Shown: positions 27,358 to 37,944 of the stretch, piece after piece | Layout of the letters: every line of letters begins with the position of its first letter | Position numbering within the stretch: the first letter of the stretch is position 1 | Origin: Octopus sinensis | Taxonomy: Eukaryota | DNA: 52,168 nt | Assembly (NCBI RefSeq): GCF_006345805.1 | Contig: NW_021834177.1 | Coordinates: 1 to 52,168 of the forward strand | Reading direction: 5' to 3' | Notes under the pieces: generated by a model | Seen by the model: the letters and a program-made list of their open reading frames with translations, nothing else | Databases searched by the model: none | What the model was told of the DNA's origin: nothing | Position numbers and translations under genes: made by a program

Positions 27358-27705
27358 TTTTGACCCACAGATTTAAAAAATAATCTTTTGTAACTAAACA
27401 CTTTCAAACTTCGGACACTGGTAGAGTGTGTCATATAAAACATCTTTTACCATTAGCATTTTTGAGAAAAACTAATATTTACGAAGTTATTTCACGTTAA
27501 AGTTGTCGTATTTCGGCAATTTCAACCAATCATTGACGTGTATTCAGCTGAATAAAACTACTGCTGTTGTTTGTCAACATCAACTATTGGTGGTGTATAT
27601 TTCGTTTGTGACTGTTATTTATGACAACCCTAACCCTAAAACCTTAAAACCTGTACAAACGCACGAACGATGTCATAAATAACAGTGACAAACGAAAAAT
27701 ACACC
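27358..27705. mobile_element. Family C-related element (left arm) with an internal inverted repeat around telomere-like repeats
   Basis: TTTGACCCACAGATTTAAAAAATAAT...TAACTAAACACTTT matches the 19251 arm. 35-bp inverted arms 27592-27626 and 27671-27705 enclose ACCCTAACCCTAAAACCTTAA. Confidence 0.7.
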
Positions 27706-27715
27706 GCCGATAGTT

Positions 27716-27796
27716 GTAAACTCAGAACGTAAAGACAGACGAAATACTGGTAAGCATTTTGCCCGGCGTGCTAACGTTTTTGCCAGCTGGCCGCCT
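27716..27796 (-). mobile_element. SINE family A head fragment
   Basis: AACTCAGAACGTAAAGACAGACGAAATAC...CGGCGTGCTAACGTTTTTGCCAGCT. Confidence 0.7.
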
Positions 27797-28313
27797 TATT
27801 GGATGAACTTTGTTGTCAAATGTATGCCATAAAAATTACAAAATGCTATATGATGACATATTTCTCAGAGAGATAAGGATTTAAAACCATGATGTCACGT
27901 TGCATCTCTCTTCGATCGTGTGAATATTCGGCAACGTGCAGTTCAGTGCAAGTATTAAAAAAAACTTTAGTTTCTCATAAAATTTGTAAACATACATGTA
28001 TGCATGTGTTCATGTGTCATGGAGTAGCGTCGTGAGTATTGCGCATGTCGTATGTAAATTTGTGTCTGTGTGCGCGAGCATGTGTGTGTGAGAGAGATAG
28101 ATAGATATAGAGAGTGTGTGTGTGTGTGTAAGTGAGTGCCAATATAGATCCCATCTAAAAAAGGCCTTCACATTGCTAAGAAAACCGAAAAATTCAGAAC
28201 TTCATTTCGAAGTTCATTTTGATATCTTTTCTGCAGCAACTTTTAGATAATCCCTTGTCACATTAGCTATCATTAATTCATTGATCTAGTGTTTGGCTCG
28301 GACTTTTTCGGTT

Positions 28314-28721
28314 TGAACGGCAGTTTTTTTCTAGCGGTGTCATGTAATTGTCACCCATAATTATGACCCTAATATCGATCTATTGCATTTCAATCTGTTT
28401 TAGGTTAGAGTTAGTTAGGGTTAGATAGGGTTAGGGGTGAGGGAAGGGTATCTTTTTTTCTTCAGAAATGTAAATAAACCTAATCTGTTTCTTAAACGAG
28501 GGACATATTCATACGGCACAGAATGTTTTTTTACTTCAATAGACGTCATTGATAGGTTGAAATCGAAGAAATTGAAGAAAAAAAAACAACAAATATCTTA
28601 CAAACAATAGAATTTTCTCAATAAAGCAAAGAGAAAAAGATGTTTTATAAACACATTTTACCAGTATACGAAGTTTAAAAGTGTTTAGTTACGTGGAAAT
28701 TATTTTTAAAAACTGCCATTC
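28314..28721. mobile_element. Family C-related MITE (right arm) with TTAGGG-like repeats
   Basis: Ends are GAACGGCAGTTTTT and AAAAACTGCCATTC. 28540-28715 matches the right arm of the 19239-19688 palindrome. TTAGGG-like units at 28400-28436. Confidence 0.7.
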
Positions 28722-28877
28722 TGCTGTAATAAACGACACTATTTATAAAATAAATACAAATTAACATTTACTATATTACTAAATACGAACTGAAATACCA
28801 ATACGAACATATTTCTCAGTCACCATTTCTCTATTTCTTCCAACAACCCTCTTACTTTTCTTTAATACACGACTAAA

Positions 28878-28913
<36 letters not shown>

Positions 28914-28937
28914 CATTATTATTATTATTATTATTAT

Positions 28938-28979
<42 letters not shown>

Positions 28980-29402
28980 CATCATTCTCTTCTTTTTCTT
29001 CTTCTTATCCTTCTTCGTCTTTTTCCTGTTCTTCTCCTCCCTTCCTCCTCATCCTCCTTTTAGATTTTCCCCCTTTTCCTCATTCGCTTCTCTTCCCCTG
29101 TCTTCTCCTTTCTTTCCCTATCCCTCCCCTTTTTATCCTCCTCGTCATTTTCCTCTTTCCTATCTTTGTTTTCTTTTTTTTTTCTCATCCACTTCTTCCC
29201 CCTACTCCTCCTCCTCCTCCTCAGGTTTCTGTTCTTTGTCCCATCCTCTTCTTCTTGCTCTGTCGAGTATTAATAACTAACACATCGTACATAGCCCCCT
29301 TAATCTACATTCCCATGTAACCCGTTGCAGTGGTCAATACCTGGGGATAGTAAAACCTGGAACGCTGTGCCCGCTAGGACTCAGCACCGTCGTCTGTGGA
29401 GG

Positions 29403-29482
29403 CTCTTTTACTTGTTTCAGTTATTTGACTACGGCCATGCTGGAGCAACGCATTTTAGTTTTGCAAATCGACCCCAGGACTT
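29403..29482 (-). mobile_element. SINE family B tail fragment
   Basis: CTCTTTTACTTGTTTCAGTTATTTGACTACGGCCATGCTGGAGC...ATCGACCCCAGGACTT. Confidence 0.75.
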
Positions 29483-30786
29483 CAATTTTCCAAAAATTTT
29501 TGCGTAAAATTTTCGAAAAATATTTGGTGAAAATTTTCGAAAAATTTTTGGTCAAAATTTTGGGGTTAAATTTTTGGTATATATATTGAAAAACAAGGGT
29601 GAAGACAGTTACCGGAACAACAAACGAGTGCATTAGTTTGTCGCTCGGGAAAAATGGGAAAGTCTCTCACATTTCGAGCTTAGGCTTAAGGTCTTAAACT
29701 CTAGCCACAACGTGGATGACTTAAAATCTCCCGTGAGTGGGTTGGCAGAGGTGGCCGAAATATTGTTCATCATCTCCCTTTGGTTAACAGATGAACTCCT
29801 TTGCACCATATCCAGCCAGTGACTCCCTCTGCTGCATCTCCCTTCCTGTTAACAGCTGTCGTTCTCTCCGGTGAATGTAACTATTGTCCACACAGACTCA
29901 GCAGCTGATTCTCCACAGCCCAACACGGAAACATAAATAAATACATCTAGAAACAAACGATGCGGAAGAACATGGACAAAGATAAGGACAAACCAAAAGG
30001 AAAAAGCATTTCACAAATATACCAACTTGTTATTTGGAAAGATATAGAATCTAAAGTGGAGAGAAAGATCTTCTCTATCGTCAATATCTCACAAGACGCG
30101 TCAGGGAGGAAGAATACTTTACGAAAAGCTGACTTCTATCAGACGTAGTGAAATAGAGTATTAGTACCATGTCACTGATGTACATATTGACAGATAAGAA
30201 CTGACCAACGAGTGAAGCCGTGTATATTTAGCCAGGTCGTAAAAGTACAATTACAGTCTAGGAGAACTGACCAATAACCGACTTCAAATAGATATATGAA
30301 GTAGTGTATCAGTGTGCAGGTCATCAATGTATATCTAGGAACGATAAATACTGATTAACATTGATCATCCATCAGATAGAGTGAAAGATCATTGATCACA
30401 GTGTGGTATAATCGAAGTGTTGCTTGATCAGTAATATATGATGTCACCAAATCCTAGGAGAGTTTATGATATACCAATAAGTGAAATTACTTGACAAACA
30501 ATTGTAAATCAGGAAAATTCTGGAACATATCTGTTTAGTTAGATCTCAGTACAGGGCTGTGTCTTTCTCGTTCCCCTCTCTCTCTCTTTGTACGCGCAAA
30601 AACACAGGCCACACACACACACACACACACACACGAGCATGTGTGTATATATATATATATATAACAGAGCTAGAGACGAGTGGTTATTAATTGCACACGA
30701 CTATTTTTGCTAATCTACTTTCCATAATTACTACTGCATCAATATCTATATCTCAGTATCACAATGATATAGATAGGTATATGCAT

Positions 30787-30880
<94 letters not shown>

Positions 30881-30881
<1 letters not shown>

Positions 30882-32563
30882 ATTAATCAATATGGGGTAG
30901 CAAAAAATTCAGCAGAAATTATTTGCCACCAGCGGTCTAGTGGGAAAAAGGAAATAGTCAAAGACTATTAATAAATTCAACAGCAAAATTAAGGAACGGC
31001 CATAATAGGCCGTTCAACCCACTAGAAATAGCAGCTAAGGCTTCAACCGCAAAAAAGTATTAATTCCGTAAACAAGGAGAAAATTTAAAAAACATTTACC
31101 CTGTTATACTTTATACAATGCATCGTTTCATCTATTTTTTTTTTGTTTAATGGTAAATCAGCCTGATTAAATTAAATCAAACTAATCCTCCATAGGCCAA
31201 CAGATTCATCAGTAAAGTAAGCCAGACGGGAGAGATATTTACACGAGGCAGCACCACTACAGTCTCCGCAATATCTGACCTAAAATTTTCAAATCATCGT
31301 ACTCGCGCCAAATTTATCGGCAGCAAATATAAGCTGCCGATTCCATTTCGGAATTAAACAGAAAATTTATAATTAATCAATATAGGGTAGCAAAAAATTC
31401 AGCAGAAACTATTTGCCACCAGCGGTCTAGTGGAAAAAGGAAATAGTCAAAGACTATTAATAAATTCAACAGCAAAATTAAGGAACGGCCATAATAGGCC
31501 GTTCAACCCACTAGAAATAGCAGCTAAGGCTTCAACCGCAAAAAAATATTAATTCCGTAAACAAGGAGAAAATTTAAAAAACATTTATCCTGTTATACTT
31601 TATACAATGCATCGTTTCATCTATTTTTTTTTTGGTTTATGGTAAATCAGCCTGATTAAATTAAATCAAACTAATCCTCCATAGGCCAACAGATTCATCA
31701 GTAAAGTAAGCCAGACGGGAGAGATATTTACACGAGGCAGCACCACTACAGTCTCCGCAATATCTGACCTAAAATTTTCAAATCATCGTACTCGCGCCAA
31801 ATTTATCGGCAGCAAATATAAGCTGCCGATTCCATTTCGGAATTAAACAGAAAATTTATAATTAATCAATATAGGGTAGCAAAAAATTCAGCAGAAACTA
31901 TTTGCCACCAGCGGTCTAGTGGGAAAAAGGAAATAGTCAAAGACTATTAATAAATTCAACAGCAAAATTAAGGAACGGCCATAATAGGCCGTTCAACCCA
32001 CTAGAAATAGCAGCTAAGGCTTCAACCGCAAAAAAATATTAATTCCGTAAACAAGGAGAAAATTTAAAAAACATTTACCCTGTTATACTTTATACAATGC
32101 ATCGTTTCATCTATTTTTTTTTAATGGTAAATCAGCCTGATTAATTAAATCAAACTAATCCTCCATAGGCCAACAGATTCATCAGTAAAGTAAGCCAGAC
32201 GGGAGAGATATTTACACGAGGCAGCACCACTACAGTCTCGGCAATATCTGACCTAAAATTTTCAAATCATCGTACTCGCGCCAAATTTATCGGCAGCAAA
32301 TATAAGCTGCCGATTCCATTTCGGAATTAAACAAAAATTTATAATTAATCAATATAGGGTAGCAAAAAATTCAGCAGAAATTATTTGCCACCAGCGGTCT
32401 AGTGGGAAAAAGGAAATAGTCAAAGACTATTAATAAATTCAACAGCAAAATTAAGGAACGGCCATAATAGGCCGTTCAACCCACTAGAATAGCAGCTAAG
32501 GCTTCAACCGCAAAAAATATTAATTCCGTAAACAAGGAGAAAATTTAAAAAACATTTACCCTG
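30881..32563. repeat. Young ~490-bp tandem satellite (about 3.45 copies)
   Basis: Units start at 30881, 31371, 31860 and 32343 (AATTAATCAATAT). They differ mainly in homopolymer lengths. Confidence 0.95.
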
Positions 32564-32576
32564 CTATATATATATA

Positions 32577-32589
<13 letters not shown>

Positions 32590-32608
<19 letters not shown>

Positions 32609-32953
32609 CTTGAGATAAAAAAAACGAGGCTGAGTAGAGTTTAGAACATTTATAGATAGAAGGTCTTACAGTGTTTCCAGGATATTATTATATCCTTTCA
32701 TCGGAGACAGTGCGAGAGGATGGTTAAGAAATAGTTAATTTAGATAAGATATAACATAGAGAGTGAGGTAGAGGAAAGAAAAGAAAATAGATGTGAGATG
32801 TGTAGGGATGTTGTATTTGTAGATCCATCTTTTTAGGCAGAATGGTATACATATAAGATTCCAATACCTTCTGAGTAAAATCCAATAGTATTTAAAATTG
32901 GTCATTCCAAGTATAGAGTTTATACTCAGTGTTATTAAATCAAGGGTTTTTAT
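32590..32953 (-). mobile_element. Probable Penelope-like element 3' end carrying a variant hammerhead motif
   Basis: Minus strand 32708-32663 reads GTCT-CCGATGA-A-AGGATAT-AATA-ATATCCT-G-GAAA-CACTGTA-AGAC. The upstream sequence only weakly resembles a GIY-YIG C-terminus. Confidence 0.5.
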
Positions 32954-33482
32954 TTAAATAGATTTGTAGATGCGTTCCTCACCCGGAATTCTGCTTATGA
33001 GCTGGTCGTTGATAGCACTGACAGCTACGTTTTTGGGGGCCAGGATGGTTCTTTCACTGAGCCAATTGATGTCTGCACAATTACTTTCCAATTTGGGGAA
33101 CACTGTTTCCAAAAGATCGGAAGGGTTGTCCGCGGTGTTGCACAGTTCAGAGATGGATATGTCACCCCCTAACATTCATAGGGGCCTTTCCTTCTCCAAG
33201 GGCTAAAATGTCTTCAGCAAATGCTGCAAACCTGCTATCACCAAGCAAGTGCGCACGCATATTTGTGCGCGCACTTCATCAGCCGGAAATCTCCTGAAAG
33301 CAATAGAGTTACACCTCCCATAGAAGCTGTAGAATCCCTGATACCTTTCAGTGACCGGTCCAGTGCCTCAAGGGCACCCTTATTGGGCATTATGCATTCG
33401 TCCCATTCAATGAGACGGCACTGTCTAAGAACTTGAGCTTTCACTGAATTTTTGCCAATTTTGCAGGTAGGAACCTCGGCCT
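32954..33482 (-). mobile_element. Helitron PIF1-like helicase fragment (internally deleted)
   Basis: KAQVLRQCRLIEWDEC...LEALDRSLKGIRDSTASMGGVTLLLSGDFR (Walker B and motif III), then VFPKLESNCADINWLSERTILAPKNVAVSAINDQLISRIPGEERIYKSI. Confidence 0.9.
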
Positions 33483-33871
33483 ATTATATAGAGAGATATT
33501 TATTATATATATATATATTCATTTATATATATTTGTATATTTATTTATTTTCGTTGTGTTAACTGTCCTGTACTCCATTTTTTGTTGTTTTTAAAAAATG
33601 TCCTGTTCCTTTGTTGTGTCTATGTTTTTGTTTCTCATTGTGTTCGACGTCCTTTTGGTGTCCTGTACTCATATATGCGTGTATATGTACATGTAGAGTA
33701 GGTACGTACATATATGTTTATATATATGCATATGTTTTATTTCTTTTATTATATATATATATATATATAATATATATATATAATATATATATAATATATA
33801 TACATATATATATATATATTTATATTTATTTATTTATACTCTTTTTTACTCTTAGTTGTTTCAGTCATTTG

Positions 33872-35002
33872 TTTCTGTTTTGGCGACTTCAAAGCCATGA
33901 CGTCTCCTTGACAACGCTTACGACGTTGATTTCCCTACCCTGCCTTCCCCACAGCTCCATGAAGGAGGGGGGAAGGGGAGGAGCAACACAGGTGCAGGTG
34001 CGAGCATGGACGCCAACTCCGCCACCGACACACGAAGAATTGGAAGAACCCAGACGACAGCTTCACAGTCAAAGGACAACTCTGCCACAAACACCACCTC
34101 CAACACCACGACGACCACACCACCAACCACCACCACCACCATCACCACGACGACGACGACCACCACCACTACTACCATGACCACCACCACCACTACCACT
34201 ACCACCATCACCACCACCACCATCACCACCACCACCACCACCACCACCTCCACCATCACCACCACCACCACCACAGAGAGGGTTTGACCCTGAGATTTGT
34301 TAATGGACATGGCAAAGCTGACACGAAGGGGGAATTGCTATCGACAAGGTCTGTTAGAAGATGGTGCACAATGGGATGCAACTTTAGGAGAGGCTGCTTT
34401 ATCACAATTACCTAAAAGTCTCAGGGCATTATTGATGTCACACGTTATCGAGGCGATCATTCTTTCTAGATGTGGAAAAGCTGATGACGTCTTTACTCCA
34501 AGATTTCCTCTTACTCCATCAGGAGCAGAAATTGTATTTACATTGAGAAGACTGCAATTCCCCCTTCGTGTCAGCTTTGCCATGTCCATTAACAAATCTC
34601 AGGGTCAAACCCTCTCTTTGGTCGTGGTGGTCGTGGTCGTGGTGGTCGTGATGGTGGTGGTGGAGGTGATGGTGGTAGTGATGGTGGTGGTGGTCATGGT
34701 GGTGGTGGTGGTGGTGGTGGTCGTCGTCGTCGTCGTCGTCGTCGTCATATTGGAGGTGGTGTTTGTGGCAGAGTTGTCCTTTGACTGTGAAGCTGTCGTC
34801 TGGGTTCTTCCAATTCTTCGTGTGTCGGTGGTGGAGTTGGCGTCCATGCTCGCACCTGCACCTGTGTCGCTCCTCTCCTCCTTCCCTCCTTCATGGAGGT
34901 GTGGGGAAGGCAGGGTAGGGAAATCAACGTCGTAAGCGTTGTCAAGGAGACCAGCCTCTTTTAGAACAACGAATTCATGGCTTGAAGTCGCCAAAACAGA
35001 AA
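33872..35002. repeat. Large inverted repeat built from Helitron helicase, (GGT)n and an unknown segment
   Basis: Arms 33872-34338 and 34554-35002 are reverse complements. The 215-bp spacer (34339-34553) is Helitron-derived. Confidence 0.9.
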
Positions 35003-36204
35003 TGTCTAAGAAAGCTGAAAGCAAATTCTACAAAATCGGGAAACACGCCACACAGGGAAGGTTTCCCGTGCAAAGAATTTGCGCAACCGAATGCTTTAGT
35101 TGTTGCACAACTAATACATAAAAAAAAATATCCAGACACAAACTTTTGAAGGCAATATTGTATGGCGATGGTACTTGTGAAATATGGTAATAGACTTAGT
35201 ACCAAAGAGAGAGCAGAGGTACAGTATGGTGGTGGTGGTGGTGGTGGGGTGGTGGTGACGGTGGTGGTGGTGACGGTGGTGGTGGCGGTGGTGGAATTTC
35301 TCAATTCACTGGAGCCTCCTGGACTACCTCCACACATATTAGCACTTAAAGTTGGAACTCCTGTAATCTGGAACCACCAAGACTTTGCAATGGAACACGA
35401 CTGGTGATAAAGAAAATGATGTCACACGTTATCGAGGCGATCATTCTTTCTGGATGTGGAAAAGCTGATGACATCTTTATTCCAAGATTTCCTCTTACTC
35501 CATCAGGAGCAGAAATTCCATTTAAATTCAGAAGACTGCAATTCCCCCTTCGTATCAGTTTTGCCATGTCCATTAACAAATGTCAGGGTCATACCCTCTC
35601 TATGGTCGTAGTGGTGGTGGTGTCATGGTGGTGATGGTGGTCGTGGTGATGGTGGTCGTGGTGGTGGTGGTTGTGATGGTGGTGGTGGTGATAGTGGTGA
35701 TGGTGGTAGTGGTAGTGTTTATGGTGGTGGTGGTGGTGGGGGTCAGGGTGGTAGTGGTGATGGTGGTGGTGGTTATGGTGATAAATGGTAGTGGTTATGG
35801 TGGTGGTGGTGGTGGTGGTGTTGGTCGTCGTGGTGATGGTGGTGGTGTTTGTGGCAGAGTTGTCCTTTGACTGTGAAGCTGTCGTTTGGGTTTCTTCCAA
35901 TTCTTCGTGTGTCGGTGGCGGAGTTCCCCTTTCGTATCAGCTTTACCATGTCCATTAACAAATCTCAGGGTCAAACCCTCTCTGTAGCTGGTCTTGTCTT
36001 GGATGAGCCCTGCTTCTCGCATGGGCAACAGTATGTTGGCTGCTTAAGAGTAGGAACCAAAAGAAACCTTTTTGTATATGCTCCTCAAGGAAAAACAAAG
36101 AACATTGTTTACGAGGTGTTATAATCTCAACAGCCAGGAGGTATACACATGATCCCCTTTTTTTTAACAAACTTCATGTACTTTCATGTATTTATATTAT
36201 ATAC

Positions 36205-36236
<32 letters not shown>

Positions 36237-36322
36237 TTGTGTGTATCCAATATATATATATATAACAGAAAAGTATAATTCTTCAACTGAATGTACCGGG
36301 CAACGCCGGGTATCTCTGCTAG
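34339..36322 (+). mobile_element. Scrambled Helitron RepHel C-terminal fragments and intact 3' terminus
   Basis: GLLEDGAQWDATLGEAAL; VEFLNSLEPPGLPPHILALKVGTPVI; two copies of HVIEAIIL..GK.DD.F.PRFPLTPSGAEI.F..RRLQFPLR.SFAMSINK.QG.TLS; and the true C-terminus FTMSINKSQGQTLSVAGLVLDEPCFSHGQQYVGCLRVGTKRNLFVYAPQGKTKNIVYEVL* (36124). 3' hairpin TACCGGGCAACGCCGGGTA (36294-36312), then CTAG (36319-36322) followed by T. Confidence 0.9.
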
Positions 36323-36481
36323 TATATATCTAATATATATTATATATAAATATACTATATATATATATATATATAAAGTATATATATATATATACATATA
36401 TATATAATATATAAGATATATATATATATATATATATAAGAGTATATATATATATATATATAATATATATATATATAATAG

Positions 36482-36518
<37 letters not shown>

Positions 36519-36519
<1 letters not shown>

Positions 36520-37385
36520 TCTTTACTCTTTTACTTGTTTCAGTCATTTGACTGCGGCCATGCTGGAGCACCGCCTTCAATCGAGCAACTTGATATGACC
36601 CGGGACTTATTCTTTTGTAAGCCCAGTACTTATTCTATCGGTCTCTTTTGCCGATCCGCTAAGTAACGGGGACATAAACACCCAGCATCGGTTGTCAAGC
36701 AATGCTAGGGGAATAAACACAGACAACACAAACACACACATTCATATATATATATAATATATATAATACAAGATATATATTATATATATATATATATAGT
36801 ACGTTTAAATATTTGTTGTGCCAGATTTTTATGTGAAGTCGTGTGTTGAAACAGATATTGTTATATTCGGAATGTCATATTGCCAGTTTAGCCAATTAAA
36901 ACACACGCACTATATATTTGGTCTTACTTTTGCTTCAGTGTTATTTATTTTTTACATTAATCTTAATCTTATATCGGCCAAGTTCTTTCGTCACACTCCT
37001 GTGACCGCAATCAGTGGTCCTTTGTTTTCTTCTCACTTATTTGTGTCTCTCCTTACTACCGTCAGCATGTTGTATTTCTATTGTATGTCTTCATTTGCGC
37101 ATGCTTATATCTCTATGTTCGTCTATGTTTATTTAGTGTGTGTCTGGGGGGGGATGCCTGTAATATTTGTATCTTTGTTTATATACATTCCTGTAATTTG
37201 TATTTTGTTTTTGTTGTTGTTGCTTTGTTCTAATTTTGTTCATGTGTTTACATCCACCCCATTATTATCATTACATATGCTTGTATGTATGTATAACACA
37301 ATATTAGTAATAATAATAATAATCTAATCGAAAAAAAAGAATATATATATATACATATACACACATATATACACATATACATATA

Positions 37386-37450
<65 letters not shown>

Positions 37451-37703
37451 TAGATACATATATGACGGTTAGTAAGGAGAGACACAAATAAGTGAGAAGA
37501 AAACAAAGGACCCTGATGCGGTCACAGAAGTGTGACGAAAGAACTCTGGCCGAAATAAGATTAAGATTAATGTAAAAAAATAAATATCACTGAAGCAAAA
37601 TAACACCAAATATATAGTGCGTGTGTTTTTATTGGCTAAACTGGCAATATGACCATTCCGAAATATAACTAATATATATAATATTATATATATATCTATA
37701 TAT

Positions 37704-37755
<52 letters not shown>

Positions 37756-37898
37756 TATATACGACGGGCTTCTTTTCAGTTTCCGTCTACCAATCCACTC
37801 ACAAGTAGAAGACACTTGCCCAAGGTGCCTGCGGTGGGACTGAACCCGAACCATGTGGTTGGTAAACAACCTACTTACCACACAGCCACACCTGCGCC
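36519..37898 (-). mobile_element. SINE family B split in its central microsatellite
   Basis: Tail at 36519-36740 and head at 37761-37898, with about 1 kb of other repeats inserted between them. Confidence 0.8.
36800..37669. repeat. Family D foldback: ~205-bp inverted arms, each with a hammerhead-like motif
   Basis: Arms 36860-37064 and 37463-37669. Motif GGACC-CTGATGCG-GTCACA-GAAG-TGTGAC-GAAA-GAACTC-TGGCC at 37508-37551 (+), with a counterpart at 36976-37020 (-). Confidence 0.8.
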
Positions 37899-37944
37899 TA
37901 TTATAGGCGAAATATATAGATGAAATGAAAACAGACTATATATA

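Noticed and set aside
29590-29700. GAGC...GCTCGAAA half-motif on the minus strand resembling a PLE end
   Set aside because: The CTGA.GA half is absent, so no ribozyme can be supported.
30169-30550. Possible LTR ending TGACA followed by TGGTAC (PBS-like) on the minus strand
   Set aside because: No second LTR, no gag or pol remnant and no TSD; the PBS match is only a few bases.
31180-31215. CTGATGA followed by ATC...GAT in each satellite unit (minus strand)
   Set aside because: No GAAA follows the putative stem II, so it is not a hammerhead.
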